Shown here: positions 58,541-64,000 of the stretch, piece by piece
How positions within the stretch are numbered: the first letter of the stretch is position 1
Layout: every line of letters starts with the position of its first letter
Source: Saprospiraceae bacterium
GTDB taxonomy: Bacteria > Bacteroidota > Bacteroidia > Chitinophagales > Saprospiraceae
NCBI GenBank assembly: GCA_043744455.1
Contig: JAYTUQ010000138.1
Span: 4,051 to 68,050, forward strand
Reading direction: 5' to 3'
Length of the DNA stretch: 64,000 nucleotides
Notes under the pieces: model-generated
Databases searched by the model: none
Told to the model about the DNA's origin: nothing
Seen by the model: only the letters and a program-made list of their open reading frames with translations
Position numbers and translations under genes: made by a program

Positions 58541-60097
58541 TTACACCCAAACGGCAAATAACCGTTTCCCTTCGTGTTCAATCCATTCTTTGCGCCAAGA
58601 TTTGGTTTTATTGTATTCAAAAATAACCAAAAAGCCTGTTTGAACACCGTGGATGTCTAAATAGTCACTCAATTGCCCGATGCCTTTTTTGTGATATACC
58701 TCACCATACCAGCGTTTGAGTTCAATGATGTATGTGTATTGGTTGTAAGTGGCGACTATATCCAAACGCTTTTCTTCGGAGGTTTGGACTTCTTTAAATG
58801 ATTGCCCTTTACCGTTCAAAATGGGGGCTAAAAAAGACAAAAAGACCAATCTGCCGTTTTGTTCCAAAAAGCTTTTATCCTTTTCATTAAATTCTTCTTT
58901 CATAAATTGTTGAAACTTCAACAGAACCGCAGGCATATCCAATGAGCCATCGGCTAAGGCAAAATGACCACCGTAATTGTAGTGCGATTTTAAAGCAGTG
59001 CTTGTCTTTGATGCCATATAATTATATATCCGTTGCTCGTATATCCGATTATGGATTTTTATAGACCCATTTTGTTTAAAAATACCGTGCAATAAACCCA
59101 ACTCAATTAAAGGGTCATCAGAATTAAAAAGAATCACATCGCCATCCATAATGATGCGATACACAAAATTGTAGAGGTCGGGATTATTTTCTAAGTTTTT
59201 AATCAAACTGTCAAAATTTGTATTGCGTTCTTTCGACAATTCCCGCAAGGCTTCATCTATATCCGCAAACGTCCATGTCTGTTCTGTCTTTTCGGGCAAT
59301 AGCTCTTCATCAATCGTTTTACACAATTTGCTGACAAAAAAAGGATAACCCGATGTGTGGTAGAACAAACGCTCGGCTATGGCTTGGGTGTCCATCGTTA
59401 CGCCTTTGTCGGTGCAATATTCATCGAGCATCGGTTTTATTTCTGCCACTTGTAGGTTCATATCTACTTTATAGTCGGTGGCGATATTCCATGGAGAATT
59501 AAATTTCTGTTGAGCATCGGGGCGCAATTTCAGTTTTAAGGTTTTTACATCGTGCAAACCTGCCAAGACGACCGAATGAAACGTTTTAACCGAAAAGCGT
59601 TCTAAATATTTGTCGCGCAGCATGGCGAGAAAACTCACAAACAATTGATTATTACTGCTTTTATCCACCTCATCTATCATCAAGACCACTTTTTTATCCG
59701 TCTGATTCACCAATTCCGTAATGGTTTGCGACAACCGTTTTAGGCTATCCGTTTCTTTCACTTTCCCTTTTAAAAAGGCGGACAATTCCTGCTCCCTGTG
59801 TTGAGCATAATATGCCAAAACGTCCACAAACTCACTTGCAAATACGCTTTCTTTTTCAAACATCAAATCACCAAGACCTTCAAAACTGATTCTGAAAACA
59901 ATATAGTCCTCCTCAGTATTTAAGGCTCTTTCTACATTGTGTAACATCGTCGTTTTCCCATATTGTCGTGGGCGGTTGATGATGAAATATTCGCCATCTT
60001 CTACCAAACGGATTGTCCGTGCTAATTTCTTAGACACATCTGCCATATAGTGTTGACTCGGAAAACACAAACCCGTAATGTTGAATTTCTTTTTCAT
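58541..60097 (-). CDS. AAA-like ATPase with C-terminal PD-(D/E)XK nuclease-like domain
   Basis: Walker A RPRQYGKTT, Walker B VVLMIDEVD, and a C-terminal RLDIVATYNQYTYIIELKRW (D..ExK). Confidence 0.75.
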   Translation of the reverse strand: MKKKFNITGLCFPSQHYMADVSKKLARTIRLVEDGEYFIINRPRQYGKTTMLHNVERALNTEEDYIVFRISFEGLGDLMFEKESVFASEFVDVLAYYAQHREQELSAFLKGKVKETDSLKRLSQTITELVNQTDKKVVLMIDEVDKSSNNQLFVSFLAMLRDKYLERFSVKTFHSVVLAGLHDVKTLKLKLRPDAQQKFNSPWNIATDYKVDMNLQVAEIKPMLDEYCTDKGVTMDTQAIAERLFYHTSGYPFFVSKLCKTIDEELLPEKTEQTWTFADIDEALRELSKERNTNFDSLIKNLENNPDLYNFVYRIIMDGDVILFNSDDPLIELGLLHGIFKQNGSIKIHNRIYEQRIYNYMASKTSTALKSHYNYGGHFALADGSLDMPAVLLKFQQFMKEEFNEKDKSFLEQNGRLVFLSFLAPILNGKGQSFKEVQTSEEKRLDIVATYNQYTYIIELKRWYGEVYHKKGIGQLSDYLDIHGVQTGFLVIFEYNKTKSWRKEWIEHEGKRLFAVWV

Positions 60098-60130
60098 TCT
60101 ATGTTTTTATACCGCAAATTTAAGCATAAA

Positions 60131-60586
60131 TTACCATTTGCTGATGCGCTCAATCAATGGGCTACCCTTCAATGATGATATTGATTTGGGTAAACGAATT
60201 GGTGGATTTCGTTTTATGGATATTAATTCAGAAATAATGGGGGAATCGGTTACGATGGGTAGAGACGCACGGCCGTGCGTCTCTACGTGGCCGTGCGTCT
60301 CTAATTTAAAATCAATTTTGTCAAGGTGCGTCAGCACCTTTGCAATGATGGCATTTCTGGCTTCGGGTGTTTTACCCAATTTGGAACTGTTCAAATCCAT
60401 ATCCTCGAAAAGATTGTCAAAATCTTCTTCGCTGTCGGTACCCATTGTACTCAACTGGATATTGATAAGGATTTTTTGTAAGCCCAAAATGTAATCACGG
60501 AACTCGTCAGCGTTCATTTTTCCTCTTAGCGTATTGGCAATGTTCCAAAGTTGGGCTTGCAGTATCTTTTTATAATCTTCAATCAT
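60131..60586 (-). pseudogene. hsdM: Type I R-M methyltransferase HsdM N-terminal fragment
   Basis: LQAQLWNIANTLRGKMNADEFRDYILGL is the HsdM_N signature. The ORF lacks the whole catalytic domain and degenerates after about 95 aa at a GC-rich palindrome. Confidence 0.6.
60261..60302. repeat. GC-rich palindrome AGAGACGCACGGCCGTGCGTCTCT plus a duplicated half GGCCGTGCGTCTCT
   Basis: A 24-nt perfect palindrome at 60261-60284, with the right half repeated at 60289-60302. It is embedded in otherwise AT-rich DNA. Confidence 0.85.
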
Positions 60587-60778
60587 TCCGATTGTCTTTA
60601 ATTTTTAGTTGGCGTATTTACGAATTACGGATTGGTTAATGTCAAAAGTTGCCCTTAAAGTGTCAATCGTCCACTTGTCGGGTGGTGAGTGTACTTTGGG
60701 TGCGATTGGGCAAAAATAGCAAACGAATTGGTGCATACGTTCATTTATATGTTTTTTATTCAGTTCTACCCAACTATC

Positions 60779-61039
60779 ATGGGCAAAGTGACGGCGGAAA
60801 GTACGACTGGTGTGGCGGTTGCCAACGCTAAAATCTCGATTGTGTCTGTCAATAAATCGTGCGTGAGCGATGCGGAAGGACGTTTTGACCTTTCTCCCGT
60901 TGCAGCGGGTGTTTACAATATTTTAATTGAAGCGGAAAGCTTTCAACCGTTTGCGATTGAGGCATATGAGGTAAAAACGGGCATTATTGGACGTTTGAAT
61001 GTGGTGTTGACGGTGGTGGCTTCCCCTGTGATGGCTTAA
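60779..61039 (+). pseudogene. isolated carboxypeptidase-regulatory-like domain (probable N-terminal fragment of a TonB-dependent receptor)
   Basis: MGKVTAESTTGVAVANAKISIVSVNKSCVSDAEGRFDLSPVAAGVYNILIEAESFQPFAIEAYEVK matches the CarboxypepD_reg pattern. There is no signal peptide, plug or barrel. Confidence 0.45.
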
Positions 61040-61230
61040 AGAACAGGGTCTTGTAAACACAACTTGTCCCGAATCATCGGGATGTCCGTAAAGTGCACAT
61101 AGGTTTTTGTTCTTTTTACTGTTTACACGTATCTGAGACTTTTAAAGTATCAGATACGTCTTGTCGAAGAAAGCTATGTCCGCTCTATGGCTATGTGTTC
61201 TAAACAAATTACCCTTTATTTGCACCAAAA

Positions 61231-62178
61231 ATGACAGTCCGAGAAGTCAAACGCGATTTTATACAAACACTTTCTCCTCAATACGGCTTAGGTGAAGCGC
61301 GTGCCATGAGCCGCTACATTTTTGAAGATTATTTTGGTTCAAAATACGAGACCGATACTTTCCTTGATTTTTTAATTGAAGATTTTAATGCCATTAAAAA
61401 ACGGCTGTTGGCGGGTGAACCTGTGCAATATGTTGTCGGTTTTGCTTGGTTTTATGGTTTAAAATTCAAAGTCAATCCCAATGTCTTGATTCCGAGACCT
61501 GAAACGGAGGAATTGGTCGCGTGGGTTCTTGAAAGTGTCAATAGTCATTGGTCATCAGACATTGGTCATTTGTCATTGGTCAATGGTCAGCAGCCTATAA
61601 TGCAGAACCCAAAACCCGAAACGCAAAACGCATTACCCAAAACGCGAAACGCGAAACGCATAACTCTTTTAGACATTGGTACGGGTTCAGGCTGTATTCC
61701 CATTACTTTAAAGGTTAAAAATCCCGATTTAGTTGTTTCTGCCGTTGATATCAGCGAAGGCGCTTTGATTACCGCGAGCCGCAACGCTTATCGTATGACT
61801 GCGGACGTTGATTTCAAACGAATGGACATTTTGAATGAAAACGATTGGTCACAGGTCGGTCGTTTTGATGTGATTGTCAGCAATCCGCCTTATATTCCCA
61901 CAAAGGAAAAGGCTTTGATGTCGCATAATGTGTTGGACTATGAGCCTCATTTGGCTTTGTTTGTGGATGATGACGATGCTTTGATTTTTTATACACAGAT
62001 AGCCAATTTCGCTCTTTTGCACTTAAATACTGAGGGGGTGCTTTTTTATGAATGTAATGAATACAATGCCGTCGAAGTGGTTGATATGTTGAAAAATAAA
62101 GGGTTTAAGTCAGTTGAATTGCAAAAAGATATGAGCGGGAAGGATAGGATGATTAGGGCTTGTTTTTTTGACCACTGA
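61231..62178 (+). CDS. prmC: peptide chain release factor N5-glutamine methyltransferase, with an in-frame low-complexity insertion
   Basis: VLIPRPETEELV, LDIGTGSGCI and VSNPPYIP are HemK/PrmC motifs. About 35-40 extra residues lie between the ETE and GTGSG motifs. Confidence 0.85.
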   Translation: MTVREVKRDFIQTLSPQYGLGEARAMSRYIFEDYFGSKYETDTFLDFLIEDFNAIKKRLLAGEPVQYVVGFAWFYGLKFKVNPNVLIPRPETEELVAWVLESVNSHWSSDIGHLSLVNGQQPIMQNPKPETQNALPKTRNAKRITLLDIGTGSGCIPITLKVKNPDLVVSAVDISEGALITASRNAYRMTADVDFKRMDILNENDWSQVGRFDVIVSNPPYIPTKEKALMSHNVLDYEPHLALFVDDDDALIFYTQIANFALLHLNTEGVLFYECNEYNAVEVVDMLKNKGFKSVELQKDMSGKDRMIRACFFDH

Positions 62179-62280
62179 TGGGACAGATACGACTGATTTT
62201 CTCTGATTTTCTTTTTTGATTTTATAAAATTGAGAAAAAAAAATCAGAGAAAATCAGTCGTATCTGTCCCATCAGTGGTC
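62170..62280. repeat. perfect 41-bp inverted repeat with a 29-bp loop
   Basis: Arm 62170-62210 GACCACTGATGGGACAGATACGACTGATTTTCTCTGATTTT is the exact reverse complement of 62240-62280. It is flanked by T7 on the left and A9 on the right, and arm 1 contains the prmC stop codon. Confidence 0.9.
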
Positions 62281-62325
62281 AAAAAAAAACATAATATTCC
62301 AACCAAACCATTTAGTTTTGCCATT

Positions 62326-64000
62326 ATGTCAGAAAAAAAGAAATTATTAGAAGTAAAAGACCTTGAGGTTCAGTTTGAAATAGAAAACAGAACGCTCACT
62401 GCTGTCAAACGCATCAGTTTTACGCTGCACAAAGGTGAAACGGTGGGCATTGTGGGCGAATCGGGTTCGGGCAAATCGGTGACCTCGTTGTCCATTATGC
62501 GATTGATTGCCGAACCGCCAGGACGTATTTCAAATGGTCAAATACTGTTTTATAGGGAGAGAGGTGATGTTGTGGATTTATTGACATTGCCAGAAAAACA
62601 AATGCAAAAACATCGCGGCAACGACATTGCAATGATATTTCAAGAGCCGATGACGTCCCTAAATCCCGTCTATACCTGCGGCGACCAAGTGATGGAAGCT
62701 ATTTTGACACATCAAAAAATCAATAAAAAAGCGGCTAAGCAACAAACCCTTGCCTTGTTTGAAAAAGTGCAACTGCCTGACCCCGAAAGGGCGTTTAGGA
62801 GCTATCCACATCAATTGAGTGGCGGACAAAAACAGCGTGTGATGATTGCCATGGCGATGTCGTGCAACCCGTCAATACTGATTGCCGACGAACCGACGAC
62901 TGCCCTCGACGTAACGGTGCAACAAACGATATTGGAATTGATGAAAGATTTGCAACGCGAATCAGATGCAGCAGTTGTGTTCATTACACATGATTTGGGG
63001 GTGATTGCGGACATTGCAGACCGTGTTTTGGTGATGTACAAAGGCGAGATTGTGGAGGAAGGTGCTGTCGAACAGATATTCAAATCGCCCAAACATCCTT
63101 ATACGAAAAGCCTTTTGGCGTGTCGTCCGCCTTTGGGTGATCGATTGCGGCGATTGCCTGTGGTTGCCGATTTTATGGATGTCGAAACCGATGCCGATGG
63201 CACGATGCGTATTGTTGAAAAAGAACATTCTGTGGGCGAATTATTGTCGAAAATGAAGATTCCACAAGCGGAAATTCAAACTCGTTTGTCCGATTTGATG
63301 AAAAATGAGCCAATTTTGCGCGTTGAAAACCTTAAAACGTGGTTTCCTACCAAACATAATTTCTTTGGCAAACCCACTGAATACGTCAAGGCGGTGGATG
63401 ATGTCAGTTTTACGGTATATCCAGGCGAAACATTGGGTTTGGTGGGTGAATCGGGCTGCGGAAAGACCACTTTAGGTCGTGCGATACTCCGTTTATCTCC
63501 TGCTACTGAGGGATCTATTTTTTTTGAAAACAACGATTTGGTGCATTTGGATGCAGATGCTTTAAAGGCTTTGCGTAGAGACATACAGATTATTTTTCAA
63601 GACCCATATTCGTCCTTAAATCCACGTATGACGATTGGTTCTGCGATAATGGAACCGATGCAAGTGCATAAATTGTATAAAAACGATGCGGAACGTAAGC
63701 AAAAAGTGATAGAATTATTGGAAACTGTCAGCATGAATGCCCAGCATTTTAATCGTTATCCGCATGAATTTTCGGGTGGTCAGCGACAACGGATATGTAT
63801 TGCCCGTGCCTTGGCGTTGAATCCCAAATTTATCATTTGTGATGAATCTGTGTCTGCGCTCGATGTGTCTGTGCAAGCGCAAGTCTTGAATTTGTTGATA
63901 GAATTGCGTCAAAAGATGCAGTTTACGTGCATATTTATAAGCCATGATTTGTCTGTCGTGAAGTTCATATCAGATAGAATGGTGGTGATGAACAAAGGAA
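62326..64000 (+). CDS. ABC transporter ATP-binding protein with two fused ATPase domains (Dpp/Opp D-F type), runs off window end
   Basis: Own translation MSEKKKLLEVKDLEVQF... Walker A GESGSGKS and signature LSGGQKQRVMIA, then a second Walker A GESGCGKTT and signature FSGGQRQRICIA. No stop before 64000. Confidence 0.85.
   Translation, partial: MSEKKKLLEVKDLEVQFEIENRTLTAVKRISFTLHKGETVGIVGESGSGKSVTSLSIMRLIAEPPGRISNGQILFYRERGDVVDLLTLPEKQMQKHRGNDIAMIFQEPMTSLNPVYTCGDQVMEAILTHQKINKKAAKQQTLALFEKVQLPDPERAFRSYPHQLSGGQKQRVMIAMAMSCNPSILIADEPTTALDVTVQQTILELMKDLQRESDAAVVFITHDLGVIADIADRVLVMYKGEIVEEGAVEQIFKSPKHPYTKSLLACRPPLGDRLRRLPVVADFMDVETDADGTMRIVEKEHSVGELLSKMKIPQAEIQTRLSDLMKNEPILRVENLKTWFPTKHNFFGKPTEYVKAVDDVSFTVYPGETLGLVGESGCGKTTLGRAILRLSPATEGSIFFENNDLVHLDADALKALRRDIQIIFQDPYSSLNPRMTIGSAIMEPMQVHKLYKNDAERKQKVIELLETVSMNAQHFNRYPHEFSGGQRQRICIARALALNPKFIICDESVSALDVSVQAQVLNLLIELRQKMQFTCIFISHDLSVVKFISDRMVVMNKG

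Noticed and set aside
60607-60760. A minus-strand 51 aa ORF (MHQFVCYFCPIAPKVHSPPDKWTIDTLRATFDINQSVIRKYAN) that might be a recombinase or HTH remnant next to the hsdM fragment
   Set aside because: The similarity to tyrosine recombinase C-termini is too weak to defend by eye. Upstream, the frame runs antisense through the better-supported carboxypeptidase-regulatory-domain ORF.
62170-62280. The 41-bp inverted repeat as a simple Rho-independent terminator of prmC
   Set aside because: The stem is followed by an A-run, not a T-run, on the plus strand, and the mirror situation holds on the minus strand. The stem length also far exceeds typical terminators. I have reported it as an unexplained element instead.
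1-64000. The TACTGAGGGGG motif as a conserved peptide-coding element, or as a Chi/KOPS-like polar signal
   Set aside because: It occurs in all three frames in both orientations and in non-coding DNA, so it is not a protein motif. The 26 plus versus 22 minus copies show no strand polarity across the window.
1-64000. tRNA, rRNA, tmRNA or an integrase/transposase marking mobile element borders
   Set aside because: I saw no cloverleaf-like GC-rich ~75-nt segments, no rRNA-like stretches, and no ORF with recombinase or DDE transposase motifs in the window. The accessory regions therefore cannot be assigned to a defined mobile element from this sequence alone.

Overview
This is a 64 kb chromosomal segment from a probable Bacteroidota genome. 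The lineage call rests on a T9SS-type C-terminal sorting domain, TonB-dependent receptor/DUF4249 and ECF sigma/anti-sigma pairs, and XisI. Housekeeping genes include ilvE, a leuC-leuD-leuA-leuB operon, a pyrC-like gene, msrA, murG, prmC, a POT peptide transporter and ABC ATPases. They are interleaved with accessory, AT-rich and partly decayed DNA.

Four things stand out:
- **Candidate defence operon (19.7-21.7 kb).** Three AT-rich, tightly coupled genes encode a TIR-like protein, a 177 aa helical protein and a 153 aa 3-TM protein. They lie directly downstream of a res-mod Type III-like R-M pair and next to an 18-copy 21-bp tandem array. This is my best candidate for an undescribed system.
- **Over-represented short motif.** TACTGAGGGGGT / ACCCCCTCAGTA occurs about 48 times, on both strands, in intergenic DNA and in every reading frame of unrelated genes. 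This resembles a DNA-uptake-sequence-like genomic signature.
- **Interrupted leu operon.** It is broken up by accessory genes: a YhcG-like nuclease, DUF433 with a DUF5615 remnant, a DUF4143 ATPase, a P-loop kinase and a DUF4240 protein.
- **Word-repeat hairpins, tandem repeats and gene remnants.** The remnants are a frameshifted mazF, a truncated xisH, an hsdM fragment, a porin fragment and a truncated MBL hydrolase. prmC also carries an in-frame repeat insertion.

I saw no rRNA, tRNA or CRISPR array. All family assignments come from reading the translations, not from searches.
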